From a virus (lineage: Duplodnaviria > Heunggongvirae > Uroviricota > Caudoviricetes), in IMG/VR virus record IMGVR_UViG_3300006092_000059, positions 12,516-76,515 of that record: a DNA stretch of 64,000 nt; one strand, written 5' to 3'. Both the position numbers and the translations under genes were made by a program. Numbering within the stretch: the first letter of the stretch is position 1; every line of letters begins with the position of its first letter. The notes under the pieces were generated by a model. That model made no database searches and was not told where the DNA came from. It saw only the letters and a program-made list of their open reading frames with translations. Positions 19,133 to 29,086 of this stretch are shown here, piece after piece.

Positions 19133-20809
19133 TTAAACTCCACAGACACCACCTTTATTGGTGATATCACATACATCATGAAACTGTTCCTTAAATTCTT
19201 GCCCCTCATGCTTTTTAGCTTCATAGTAATCAACTGATGTCAATGGTTGTCCACCTCTTGCTCCATCTGGATAACATGTAAAGCCTCTAAGTCTTGGTGC
19301 ATATTTTGCTAACACTCCAGCAAATTCAAGTACTTTAGTATCATTATTCAATTCGGTTCCCCATTTAGGAAGATTTATAGTACTACTAATAGACATATCT
19401 ACGTAGTCTTGTATATCAGCCTGAAAAGCTATTCTCTTTTCATAATTACTAGCCAGATCTAAAGCTGATTCAACTTCTTCAGGTTTTATTCCAAAGTCTT
19501 GAATTAGTATTTTAGCTGTACCATCAATTACATATTGATAATGCCATTCTTTTTGGTTTCGTAAGTATCTTCTCTTATATGCTATTGCAAATAAGGGTTC
19601 AATACCTGTTGTTGTACCTGCCATAATTCCAATAGTTCCAGTAGGTGCTATTGCCCTCACCTTAATTGGTCTAGATATTCCGAGTTTATCTGCAAGCTCA
19701 TTTGCTGCAGCTCTGGAAGTGTCTCTATATATCTCTAGCCATTGGTGTAATTCAGGAACCACTTCATATTTATAGCCTCTTTTTAACAACCACTCATGGA
19801 TGCCCATAAGCCCCAAACCCAATCTTCTATTCTTTTCTCTTACTTTATAGATTTTATCATATGGCAGTTGTGCCACTAATGTTCCACATAATAAGAAATA
19901 AGTAGAAAGTCTGACTACTTCCTTAAATCTTTCAATAGTATCAATATTTGCCATATTAATACTACCAAGATTACATACATCACTATCATCTTCACTTGTC
20001 ACCTCTGTACAAGCATTCCTAAGAGTCTCATTCTCATCTTTCCCAAAGTTGAATGAAAATCCTGGCTCTCCTGTTTTAAGAGCTTGTCTGCAATTTTCCA
20101 CAAAAGTAACTGGAATGTTACCCGTTTTCAATGCTTCTAGGAAGGCATTATCATAATTCAATGATATATTAGTCATGTCAAGAGGAGCTGGGAAGTTAAA
20201 GTCTTTCTGCTTCAGATATCCTATTGTTAATAGGTTCTCATTTTCATCATATCCACCGTTTACTGGCATACTAAACCAGTCTTTACAGTGCAGAAATTCA
20301 TTAACATCACCATGCAGCCAATTCAGAGATGCATAAATTGCACTTCTCCTACTGCCACCTTGCATCACTTCCCTACCTATTTCATTGAGCATTCTCATCT
20401 TTGAAATAGGGCCAGAGGCTATACCTCCTGTCTTAGAAATAGGTGCACCCTTTCTTCTATATCTACTATAATCATTACCAATACCTCCACCTGTCATTAA
20501 ACAGGATTCTGCTTTCCAAGATAAATTAGCCCAATCCTCTCTGGAGTCTTCTTCAGATCTCAATAGGTAACAGTTATTGAAGAACTTGTTAAGTCTCCCA
20601 GCATAGTAGAGGTATCTACCTCCAGCTATAAATTCCATGTTGGAATGGATATTAACAAGTTCTTCTTTATCTGTTGAGCTTAAATTATCTCTACATACAT
20701 CTTCAATAAGTGTTTTACTTAACTCTGCCCAAGTCTGGGCTCCTTCATGTGCATATTTGTGTTTAAAAATACTTTCAGAAAAATCTGTTCTAAATTCTGA
20801 TTTTCTCAT
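19133..20809 (-). CDS. ribonucleotide reductase catalytic subunit (possibly class II / B12-dependent; no small subunit in the window)
   Basis: Active-site motifs RNACTEV (N-x-C-x-E thiyl-radical site) and CNLGSINM. C-terminal Cys pair ...CDITNKGGVCGV. Confidence 0.85.
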   Translation of the reverse strand: MRKSEFRTDFSESIFKHKYAHEGAQTWAELSKTLIEDVCRDNLSSTDKEELVNIHSNMEFIAGGRYLYYAGRLNKFFNNCYLLRSEEDSREDWANLSWKAESCLMTGGGIGNDYSRYRRKGAPISKTGGIASGPISKMRMLNEIGREVMQGGSRRSAIYASLNWLHGDVNEFLHCKDWFSMPVNGGYDENENLLTIGYLKQKDFNFPAPLDMTNISLNYDNAFLEALKTGNIPVTFVENCRQALKTGEPGFSFNFGKDENETLRNACTEVTSEDDSDVCNLGSINMANIDTIERFKEVVRLSTYFLLCGTLVAQLPYDKIYKVREKNRRLGLGLMGIHEWLLKRGYKYEVVPELHQWLEIYRDTSRAAANELADKLGISRPIKVRAIAPTGTIGIMAGTTTGIEPLFAIAYKRRYLRNQKEWHYQYVIDGTAKILIQDFGIKPEEVESALDLASNYEKRIAFQADIQDYVDMSISSTINLPKWGTELNNDTKVLEFAGVLAKYAPRLRGFTCYPDGARGGQPLTSVDYYEAKKHEGQEFKEQFHDVCDITNKGGVCGV

Positions 20810-20843
20810 TAACTATACTTCATAATATCTTCAATTTTTATTG

Positions 20844-21110
20844 TTATACAAATAAATCATCTACTTGATCAAGAATACTTTTATTAATCATATCTGAAAC
20901 TTCTTCTGGAAACTCACTTTGAAGAATTACTTCCCAACTTGTATGCTTGTTTTCATCCACTGTCTTAATAAGTGTAAAAGGGGTAGTAAATGCTTGTTCT
21001 CCAAATTCTTTATAAGTTCCTACATAAGAAGTAGATATTTTAAAAGGATCTTGTTCTATTTTAACGTCTGCTTTTTCTCTTTTTATAGTGATTGTATTTA
21101 TACTTTCCAT
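20844..21110 (-). CDS. hypothetical protein
   Basis: 88-aa ORF. Confidence 0.35.
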   Translation of the reverse strand: MESINTITIKREKADVKIEQDPFKISTSYVGTYKEFGEQAFTTPFTLIKTVDENKHTSWEVILQSEFPEEVSDMINKSILDQVDDLFV

Positions 21111-21111
21111 T

Positions 21112-21651
21112 TTAATTTCTGTTTAATATTTTTATAAAATCTTCAAAATCCATTACAAATTTGTCACCAAGTGAAGCTCCTCCAATGGCTTTAAAGTCTA
21201 CTAGTCCTCCTTCTAAATCATTTATATCATTTATAATAAATTCATCATAGTTATTACCTGTAATGATATCTCCTATTCTGAAATTACATATTGCTCCATG
21301 ATTTATATCTGGATAAGGGTAAATCATACATAATCTTGTTTTTGGTTGGTACTCTCTCCAATATAATGGATGAGAGTAATAAACTTCAAGATCTGTTCCT
21401 ACACCCTGAGGTTCTTCTCCAGCTCTTTTTACGCATTTATTTTTAGTTTCATAATCTATTTTAGCAAGTCTATGCATACCTCCTTGATTAAACAAACTAG
21501 GAGCCATAGAAAAATTTCCTATTGCTTTAGCTGCATCTCCTTCTTCATCCTGTGCATTATAGTTAGGAAGGCAACACAATGCAGTGTTTTGCCCTGTATA
21601 ATCTACTATATACCTACTAAATTTAGATTTTATATGTTGTTGTGCTGTCAT
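21112..21651 (-). CDS. hypothetical protein
   Basis: 179-aa ORF. Confidence 0.4.
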   Translation of the reverse strand: MTAQQHIKSKFSRYIVDYTGQNTALCCLPNYNAQDEEGDAAKAIGNFSMAPSLFNQGGMHRLAKIDYETKNKCVKRAGEEPQGVGTDLEVYYSHPLYWREYQPKTRLCMIYPYPDINHGAICNFRIGDIITGNNYDEFIINDINDLEGGLVDFKAIGGASLGDKFVMDFEDFIKILNRN

Positions 21652-22073
21652 GCTGCTCCTAAATTATAGTCTACTCTATAAAGAATCATATGTTCAAAAT
21701 CTGTTTCTAAAGTCATTAAATCAATAAATGTCTTATGAAGGATTTCTACAGCTTCCTGTCCCATATTAGGCATTAACTCAATTTTTCTTGTGTCTTTACC
21801 TATTACTTGAACAATATAGCCTCCAAATGTTTTATAGAATCTACCTACTTGATAATTATTAATATTTGATTTTTCACCTTCTATTAGTAATACAATACTA
21901 GCACCACTAAAATTAGCAACTTGTGTACCTCCTTGTCCTTGCCATGATGTTGTATGTCTTCTAGGAGGTGGGGCTTCTTCATCACAATAACCACATGTAA
22001 CTGAATAATTCTGTCTTGTGCTAAATATATTTTGACAGAACCTACTCATTATGTACTGTTGTACTACTTTCAT
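21648..22073 (-). CDS. hypothetical protein
   Basis: 141-aa ORF overlapping its neighbours by 4 nt at each end. Confidence 0.4.
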   Translation of the reverse strand: MKVVQQYIMSRFCQNIFSTRQNYSVTCGYCDEEAPPPRRHTTSWQGQGGTQVANFSGASIVLLIEGEKSNINNYQVGRFYKTFGGYIVQVIGKDTRKIELMPNMGQEAVEILHKTFIDLMTLETDFEHMILYRVDYNLGAA

Positions 22074-22326
22074 TTTTTATTTTTGTAAGTTCAATTAATT
22101 GTAATCCAGCTTCTGCTGTAAGTCTCTTAGCTCTGTAAGATTTACATAACATATCAGAATGTAAAGATAACTCTTCTGCTATAGAACAAATAGAATTAAC
22201 CCCATTTTTAACATTATTTACAGAGGGTGTATCTAAATTTCTAAGATATTGCATATTATAAGCGTATTCTTTAATATCACTGTCTAATTTGCTCCATTTT
22301 AGAAATTCTTTAATTGTTTCTACCAT
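22042..22326 (-). CDS. hypothetical protein
   Basis: 94-aa ORF. Confidence 0.35.
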   Translation of the reverse strand: MVETIKEFLKWSKLDSDIKEYAYNMQYLRNLDTPSVNNVKNGVNSICSIAEELSLHSDMLCKSYRAKRLTAEAGLQLIELTKIKNESSTTVHNE

Positions 22327-22925
22327 GAGAATTCTATTAAATCTTTATTGTAATTATAAATCTCTTTTATAGGATTAAGAGGATCCCATAAATCATTTTC
22401 AACAGGAATTTCCTGTCCAACATAGGTTTCCATATGTTTTTTCCAGAATGGATGCTTATGCAGAATCATCCAATTACTAAATAAAACCTTTTCTCCTCTT
22501 TCATTTATGATTGTTTGTGGAAATAATGCTTTAAAATCTTTTGTAGTAGCACTATATTTTCCTAACTTTAATAGTTGTATATCAATAGTGTATTTTTCTG
22601 GAACAGAAAATACATACATAACTTTTCCATCTTCCATATCATAATTAGTCTTGTAACATTTATGATTCTCTAGATAATTCTCAGTAAAATTTTTAAAGTT
22701 TTTACTAAAAGTTTCAGGTTGAAACAATAAATAAATACAATCCTTTAATGGATAATTATGGTCATTTAAATACGCATTTCTATAACCCATATTTATAAAA
22801 TACTCAAACAATCCTATACCTAACATTAATGGCTTTAAGCCATCAAATATATCATCATCAAGAATTATTGGTAAAATAAATCTTGTAGTATCATTAAATC
22901 TAGCTTTCTTTACTGTATTAATCAT
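22320..22925 (-). CDS. hypothetical protein
   Basis: 201-aa ORF. Confidence 0.4.
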   Translation of the reverse strand: MINTVKKARFNDTTRFILPIILDDDIFDGLKPLMLGIGLFEYFINMGYRNAYLNDHNYPLKDCIYLLFQPETFSKNFKNFTENYLENHKCYKTNYDMEDGKVMYVFSVPEKYTIDIQLLKLGKYSATTKDFKALFPQTIINERGEKVLFSNWMILHKHPFWKKHMETYVGQEIPVENDLWDPLNPIKEIYNYNKDLIEFSW

Positions 22926-23898
22926 TGAATATATTGGCAGTTATTTCTCCATTATTTTCAATTACTTCACGTCTATAAGTCCAACTATTATTAGTTTGAT
23001 ACCAAATTAAGTCTGCAATTAGCTCAACTAATCCTTTGACTTTTTCTCCTTTTTTATTAAAACCTCCTCTTAAACCTTTATCCCAATCTGATTCCTTCAT
23101 TTTGTAAATTACAGGAGTACCAGGATAGACAGTAGATTCTACCATCCATTTAAAATTAAGTTTATAATTAAGAAGTTCAGAGTTTTTCTCTTTTAAATAA
23201 TTAAATAAAGCTAATCCATAAATAACCATTTGTAACCAATATTGATATTGATCAATACTATTTTCAAATGTATCTACAGAATAACCAGTTGTTTTAACAT
23301 CAATTAAATCTATTTCTTTTCTATCATGATATATTTTTACCATATCAAGAATAGCTTTGAAATCTATATTATTGATTTTCCAGTTTATCTCTAACTGTGT
23401 AAATAATTCTTCCTTATCATTAATTTTAAAATAATGATTAGTATAAGAATTAGTAAGTAAAGAAGTAACAACTGCTTCTGCTTTAGACATTAAATCATTT
23501 GTATATAATAATTTCTTGTCCTTTGTAGCAGTAAGTTGTTCTTCAAAATAGGATTTTCCTTCCTTATCAAATCTTTTTTGAATAGATTCAATATCTCCCT
23601 TAAATCCACTTTTTACATAAGATTTTTCAAAATTACTAGGATCTCCAGGATAATCTTTTTCAAGTCTTAGGTAGGTACTTGTAAGTTCCCACATCATAGC
23701 AGTAGGCTTCTCAGCACTTGCTAATAAATATCTCTCTGAGAATTTCTCAGGAGTAGTAAGAAGGCAATCTATTATTCCTCCTAATAGTAAAGATTCACTG
23801 TCCTTTTCCTCTGCATTGAGCATTTTCTTAAAATAAGCTGGCCCAATTTGCAAATTCTTTAGTCTAGAGAATGATAAAGGCTTATTGAAGCTTTCCAC
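22918..23898 (-). CDS. PD-(D/E)XK nuclease, RecB/Cas4/lambda-exonuclease-like
   Basis: IDLIDVKTTGY (D ... DxK) followed by QYQYWLQMVIY (RecB-family QhxxY motif). Confidence 0.5.
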   Translation of the reverse strand: MESFNKPLSFSRLKNLQIGPAYFKKMLNAEEKDSESLLLGGIIDCLLTTPEKFSERYLLASAEKPTAMMWELTSTYLRLEKDYPGDPSNFEKSYVKSGFKGDIESIQKRFDKEGKSYFEEQLTATKDKKLLYTNDLMSKAEAVVTSLLTNSYTNHYFKINDKEELFTQLEINWKINNIDFKAILDMVKIYHDRKEIDLIDVKTTGYSVDTFENSIDQYQYWLQMVIYGLALFNYLKEKNSELLNYKLNFKWMVESTVYPGTPVIYKMKESDWDKGLRGGFNKKGEKVKGLVELIADLIWYQTNNSWTYRREVIENNGEITANIFND

Positions 23899-24280
23899 GT
23901 CTTTTCTTTAAACTATGTTCAATCTCTGTTGCTGTTTTAGTATGATGACATTTATCACAAAGAAGTTGTAATTCTTCTTTTTTACAAAAAAGTCTTCTTG
24001 TAAATACAGCAAGGTCATCATAGGATTTCAATGTACCACACGGAGTAATATGATCTACATTAATATTCTTTTGTGCAAACCAATCTTCACATGAAGCACA
24101 CTGAAATTCCCATTTTAACCTCTTATTTTTACTTTTAGAAGGTCTTCTTCCTTCTTGAAGTACCTGATATTTCACAGGATACTTGTTCCATAACATTCTT
24201 AATCCACTACGTATAAAAGTCCAATATCTACTATGAGTCCATAGAGGATATATTTCACTTTTAGTTCCTTTTCTTAACAA
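23882..24280 (-). CDS. HNH endonuclease
   Basis: CASCEDWF ... NVDHITPCG ... CDKCHHTKT is an HNH zinc-finger nuclease core. Confidence 0.65.
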   Translation of the reverse strand: MLRKGTKSEIYPLWTHSRYWTFIRSGLRMLWNKYPVKYQVLQEGRRPSKSKNKRLKWEFQCASCEDWFAQKNINVDHITPCGTLKSYDDLAVFTRRLFCKKEELQLLCDKCHHTKTATEIEHSLKKRRGKLQ

Positions 24281-24305
24281 TTTAAATTGTTTAAGACATC
24301 TTCAA

Positions 24306-25982
24306 TTAATACAAACTATCTAGAATTCCATTACTATAAGCAAATTTCTTATCTCCATCAAATTCAATGTTATTTGCGATAACATCTTCTTTCTTGGTAG
24401 CTTCTGCTATTTGCTCTTTTCTATGTCTAATATAACCAATTAAATAATTAGCTACATCTTTTCCTGTAGTATCTTCGAAATCATAATTTCCAAAGTAATC
24501 AGAAAAACCATGTAGAATATCTTCTAATGAAGGTTTTATTTTACGACTAATAATTTCTTTTGTATATCTTTCTGCAAAAGTAACAATTCCTACACAAATA
24601 AACAACCAATTAGATATTTTTGTGAAATTAAAAGTTGGAGTATGTATTCTAAATTCTAAGGTACGATTTGCACTGAATATTAAAGAATTAAAATTTACAA
24701 GATAGTATCTTGTAGGTATGCCCCATTTTTGCCCACCAAGAGGGTGAATAAGAGAGGTCATATTATAAGAGTCATTCATTTCTGGAACTTTCCCATCAGT
24801 TAAAAACTCAAATATTTTATTAAAATTCTTTCTTACATCATTTGAAAATTCGTGCTTAGTATTGTATATCTTTTTGTACAAAGAGTTAGTCATTATTCCT
24901 ATATTAGGAAGTCTTTGATTGTATCTCTTCTGTTTTCTTAAATATTTTACTTCATCTGATTTATATAAAGGAAATATAGAATAAATTTCATCTTGGATAG
25001 TTTGCATTATTATCCAATATGCTAGAATTGTAAGTTCATCATATTTTATATTACCAATATGTATATGCATTGAACATGTAGTATCAAACTCACATTTACT
25101 GTTGAGTTCACCACATATTCTTTTAATAGCTTGTAATCCTTTGTCCCCTTGCATAGGAACTGTTGTATATTCATAAGGCTCTATACCAGAAGCTCTTCTT
25201 AAACTACCATCTTTTAAAGGAACTAATCCTAAAGGCCCTAAAAGCTTTTGTGGAACAGTACCATTACAAGACTCTAGCTCAATACCAAATGTTTTTCCAA
25301 ACAAAAGTTTGCTAAGTTCTGATGTACGCTGATTTGATGGATACACTGTTTTATCATACATATCTTTGATAGTACGAAATGAAGGATTTCCTGCTGATGC
25401 ACTATAATCAAATGGTAGATTTTTATATCTTATAACTCTGGGAGTTACTATACTTTTTAATTCATCTTTATCAAGATTACTTTTTTTGTAGTAGAGGTCA
25501 TTCCATTTACATGGAATATATCCCATTGCTAAAGCTATTTTTTCATTCAGACAGGCTGTTGTTTGGGAAGTATGATATCTTTCAACTGTTTCTACAACTT
25601 CTTCAGTTCTTTTAAAGAAAGCTCTATTTCCTTTAGTGTCAATAAATCCTTCTATAAGATCTTTATTTTGTTGTAATTCTTCTATTAATTCATATTTACC
25701 TGTAGTAAAATTTAAACCAATCTTACCACTTGATAATCTATACCATTCTCCATCAGAAGCATCATCAGAATACCCTATCCAGAAACAGGTTACGCCTTTT
25801 TCATGATATTCTTTATGATTCTTATAATAGATACATTTACTTCTTGGTACAACTTTTCCTTCAACTGTTTTTACCTGTTTTTCCTGAGTAATTTCCATAC
25901 CTTTCTTTTTTTTAGAAGACAATTGCCGTTTCGGAGTTAACTGGATTTTGGCTTTTTTGCTCTTCTTTTGTAATGTGCTCAT
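24306..25982 (-). CDS. amidoligase (COG2170 / YbdK / GCS2-like carboxylate-amine ligase) with a Lys-rich N-terminal tail
   Basis: KTFGIELESCNG matches the YbdK TLGIELE substrate/Mg site. CSMHIHIGN matches YbdK GQHVHVGC. The first 28 codons (KKSKKAKIQ ... KKKKG) overlap the GATase gene by 70 nt; an alternative start is at 25898. Confidence 0.55.
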   Translation of the reverse strand: MSTLQKKSKKAKIQLTPKRQLSSKKKKGMEITQEKQVKTVEGKVVPRSKCIYYKNHKEYHEKGVTCFWIGYSDDASDGEWYRLSSGKIGLNFTTGKYELIEELQQNKDLIEGFIDTKGNRAFFKRTEEVVETVERYHTSQTTACLNEKIALAMGYIPCKWNDLYYKKSNLDKDELKSIVTPRVIRYKNLPFDYSASAGNPSFRTIKDMYDKTVYPSNQRTSELSKLLFGKTFGIELESCNGTVPQKLLGPLGLVPLKDGSLRRASGIEPYEYTTVPMQGDKGLQAIKRICGELNSKCEFDTTCSMHIHIGNIKYDELTILAYWIIMQTIQDEIYSIFPLYKSDEVKYLRKQKRYNQRLPNIGIMTNSLYKKIYNTKHEFSNDVRKNFNKIFEFLTDGKVPEMNDSYNMTSLIHPLGGQKWGIPTRYYLVNFNSLIFSANRTLEFRIHTPTFNFTKISNWLFICVGIVTFAERYTKEIISRKIKPSLEDILHGFSDYFGNYDFEDTTGKDVANYLIGYIRHRKEQIAEATKKEDVIANNIEFDGDKKFAYSNGILDSLY

Positions 25983-27654
25983 CTAGATATAACCAGGCTT
26001 CATCAAGCCATTTTACTAATTTTTTTCTTAAACTTTCTGTAACTGGAAGAATTTCACTAGTTTCAGGATCTTTACTAAAATCCTTATCAGCTAATGCTTC
26101 AGAAGCTTCATTTACTGTATTCATTGCAGCTATATAAACATTTAACATATCTACATCAGAATCAGTAATAGCACTATGCATTACTTCTGCATTTTCTTCT
26201 TCGTCTTCTGTATTATCTGTAAGTTCTAGAGTATTCTGTGATGGTTTAGTATAAGTACATTTCTTAAAGAAACCAGTAGAGAATTCATAAACTTTACCCT
26301 GATTAAATAAAGGAGTAAATTTACCTGTAATATAAGCATCAACACTTCCTCCAATAGTATTATAACCACCTTCTCTTAGGTTGTCAAATAATAAGGTTCT
26401 AGCACTGAATTTTCTTTTAGTAGCAGGATCAAAATTCCAAGAATGTTTAGTTCCTATTTTTCCATCTAATTTACCTTCAGAATATAATTTACAAATATCT
26501 TTTAAATCTTCTTCAGAATTTAATAACCAGCCATTCCAGAAATGATACACTTTACCTGTACCAGAATAATTTTTACTTGAAGGAGCATTTCCATTCTCAT
26601 CTAATAAATAACTAACACCTTCTTTTAGTTTCTGACCAAGTATATGTCCATTTTTATGATATCTACCTTTAACAAACACTACTCTATCATTACCAAAAGG
26701 ATTAAAGAATGGCTCATCTTCAATTAGAAAATCCCCATTATTGTCTCTACGGGTGATTTGATCAGCCTTTTTAACCAACTTTTCTGGGTATCCGATGAAG
26801 ACTTCACTAGCTCTTCTCCTGTTACTGCCGCTAGAAGTTGTAGAACTCCCACTACTGGAACTGCTCGTAGTAGTTCCCTTGCTCTCTCGATTAAATTGTT
26901 TCTTTAATGTTGAAATTTGTCCATCACTTATAATATGGATTTTATTAGGTTCAAAAGCTTTTATACAACCTTCTTTATCATCATCATCACAAATTGCCAT
27001 TAATGATTCTTTAATAGATGAAATATAAACTGCTTTTTCTCCTCTTTTTTTCCAATAAAATAAAGGTCTTTCACCAGTAGAGTCTTCACCTATACTAGAT
27101 TTACCTCTAAATACATACAGTTTATTCTCATCAGTAAAACTCCATAAAAGAGCCGCATAACCTTCATAATCATTAAGTACATTTATATTAGTTTCAGTTG
27201 CTCTACTATCTACTAAGATATTTAAAAGCTCAATACTGTCAACATTATATTTATACTTACTGCCATATTTAGTTCTTAATTCTTCTCTGTTTCTGATAAT
27301 ACCATTATGTGCACCTACAGCATATGGAACTACATTTTTTAATCCTACTTTTTTTCCTTCTTTATGATTTTCTTCTGTATAAAATCCAAATGGGTGAGCA
27401 TTATCTTCAGTATGACTTCCTACTGTAGACTTTCTTGTATGACCTATTACAGTAAAATATTTTTTGATTGGTTTAAGTGAAGTTGCTTCAATAAAATTGA
27501 AAACATTAGCCTTAGCTCCTACCCCTTTTTTTAATAAACCATCCCAGTAAATACCACAACTATCATCACCTCTTCCGAGATTGTACATCCATAAAATTTT
27601 TAATTTGTCAGGATCAGGTGCTGACACACCATTATAACCTACTAATCCGCACAT
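25912..27654 (-). CDS. class II (Ntn) glutamine amidotransferase domain protein with a Ser/Thr-rich linker and an unassigned C-terminal domain
   Basis: N-terminus MCGLVGYNG has the catalytic Cys at position 2, as in PurF/AsnB/GlmS-type amidotransferases. It has an internal SSSSSGSSTTSSGS low-complexity linker and no PP-loop SGGxDS. Confidence 0.7.
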   Translation of the reverse strand: MCGLVGYNGVSAPDPDKLKILWMYNLGRGDDSCGIYWDGLLKKGVGAKANVFNFIEATSLKPIKKYFTVIGHTRKSTVGSHTEDNAHPFGFYTEENHKEGKKVGLKNVVPYAVGAHNGIIRNREELRTKYGSKYKYNVDSIELLNILVDSRATETNINVLNDYEGYAALLWSFTDENKLYVFRGKSSIGEDSTGERPLFYWKKRGEKAVYISSIKESLMAICDDDDKEGCIKAFEPNKIHIISDGQISTLKKQFNRESKGTTTSSSSSGSSTTSSGSNRRRASEVFIGYPEKLVKKADQITRRDNNGDFLIEDEPFFNPFGNDRVVFVKGRYHKNGHILGQKLKEGVSYLLDENGNAPSSKNYSGTGKVYHFWNGWLLNSEEDLKDICKLYSEGKLDGKIGTKHSWNFDPATKRKFSARTLLFDNLREGGYNTIGGSVDAYITGKFTPLFNQGKVYEFSTGFFKKCTYTKPSQNTLELTDNTEDEEENAEVMHSAITDSDVDMLNVYIAAMNTVNEASEALADKDFSKDPETSEILPVTESLRKKLVKWLDEAWLYLDEHITKEEQKSQNPVNSETAIVF

Positions 27655-27657
27655 ATT

Positions 27658-28473
27658 TTAATTTTTTTCTTTTAATGCTATTATTTTTGGAAGTATTTCC
27701 AAGTATTTTTGTTTTAAATAACCACTCATCCATCCAGCTGAGTTAGCTTCTAATAAAGCCCATTTAGGATTTTTTCTGTGTTTGTCATAAGCATTTGTAT
27801 TGCCTTGTAATTTAATATCAAAGCAACAAATATCCATACCTATAACCTTAATAGCTTTCTGACAATCTTCTATAATATCTAACCAATTATCTGGATGCTC
27901 AAAAGCTTCATTTTTCTTTCTGTAATTATCTATATGTACTTCATGGATCCAAATAGAATTTTTATCATTTGGTTTCCAATCTCCATCATCTTTAGCTCTT
28001 ACACGCATCTTTCTTAATCCTGCAATATAACCAAAGTCTTTAGATATATAAATTCTTACTTCTTTTGCATAACCTAAATATTCTTCAAATATATAGGCTT
28101 CACAATTATGCTCTTCAATAAACTTTTCAAAGGCATTAAAATCATCAAGTTTATAAACTCCTAATGATTGTGAAGATGTTCTTCTTTTAGCTATGATAGG
28201 AAAATCCATTTCTGCTACCATAGTAGTAAGTTTCTCAGGATTATCACTCCATCTCCATTCTGAATGCTGTACACCTGCTTTATCAAATGCTTCTTTTGTC
28301 AATTTTTTATCTACACAGGTTTCTATTGCCTTTATAGGATTAATTTCAAAATCACATTTATAAGGAGTACACGAACCAAATCTTATACATCCTTTTCTAG
28401 ATGATTTAAATTGATTCTTTACATAGTCATAACTCTCATGCGTTGACGAGAATATTATTACTGGGTTGCTCAT
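27658..28473 (-). CDS. ATP-grasp ligase (RimK / glutathione-synthetase-like)
   Basis: FPIIAKRRTSSQSLGVYKL ... EAYIFEEYLGYAKEVRIYIS matches the ATP-grasp central domain pattern. Confidence 0.55.
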   Translation of the reverse strand: MSNPVIIFSSTHESYDYVKNQFKSSRKGCIRFGSCTPYKCDFEINPIKAIETCVDKKLTKEAFDKAGVQHSEWRWSDNPEKLTTMVAEMDFPIIAKRRTSSQSLGVYKLDDFNAFEKFIEEHNCEAYIFEEYLGYAKEVRIYISKDFGYIAGLRKMRVRAKDDGDWKPNDKNSIWIHEVHIDNYRKKNEAFEHPDNWLDIIEDCQKAIKVIGMDICCFDIKLQGNTNAYDKHRKNPKWALLEANSAGWMSGYLKQKYLEILPKIIALKEKN

Positions 28474-29086
28474 TTTCTTTTTTAATATTTAAATGTTTCT
28501 TTAATTCTGTAAATAGAGAATCTCTACCTACTTTGTATAAATTTCTGGAGAAAGTAATTAACTTATAAGTACCTTCATATCCCATTGCACCTTTTCTATA
28601 GGTTCTTTCTAATTCTTTAAATTGTGCTTTTTCATAAGCATCAAGATTATTACTATTAGTAGTATCTACTGCTATTAAACCAGTATAACCACTCTTAATT
28701 GCTAAGAATAATGCACAATATAATGTTATTATGTAAGAAATAGATTCAGCATTATGATAAAAACTAGATGTACCAAAATTTCCATAAGCTGCTGTAATTA
28801 TACCTTTTCCACAACAATTGGGAAAGCAACTAAGTGTAAATCTACCAAACTCTCTAGTTTTATTATCTTCTGTATCTATAAAAAGACTAACTATTGAGTT
28901 GATATAAGTTTCACCATTACCAAATTTAGCTAATGTGCTAGTGCCACCATCTTCAGCTGTAAAGGGATTAATTGTAGCTGTTAGCTTTTTACCTGTTATT
29001 TTATTTATTTCTGTTAAAATTTCTGCAAAAAAAGGTACAACACTTTCTGTTAAATGTGTTCCTGCTGTTTTTGTAAGTGTTACCAT
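28436..29086 (-). CDS. hypothetical protein (Gly/Thr-rich, Cys cluster CFPNCCGKG)
   Basis: 216-aa ORF inside the enzymatic cluster. No motif recognised. Confidence 0.4.
   Translation of the reverse strand: MVTLTKTAGTHLTESVVPFFAEILTEINKITGKKLTATINPFTAEDGGTSTLAKFGNGETYINSIVSLFIDTEDNKTREFGRFTLSCFPNCCGKGIITAAYGNFGTSSFYHNAESISYIITLYCALFLAIKSGYTGLIAVDTTNSNNLDAYEKAQFKELERTYRKGAMGYEGTYKLITFSRNLYKVGRDSLFTELKKHLNIKKENEQPSNNILVNA

Noticed and set aside
24306-25982. Treating the Lys-rich first 28 codons of the amidoligase ORF as a separate small gene or as definitely translated
   Set aside because: The sequence cannot distinguish the start at 25982 (a 70-nt overlap with the GATase gene) from the internal Met at 25898. 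It is kept as one feature with both starts noted.
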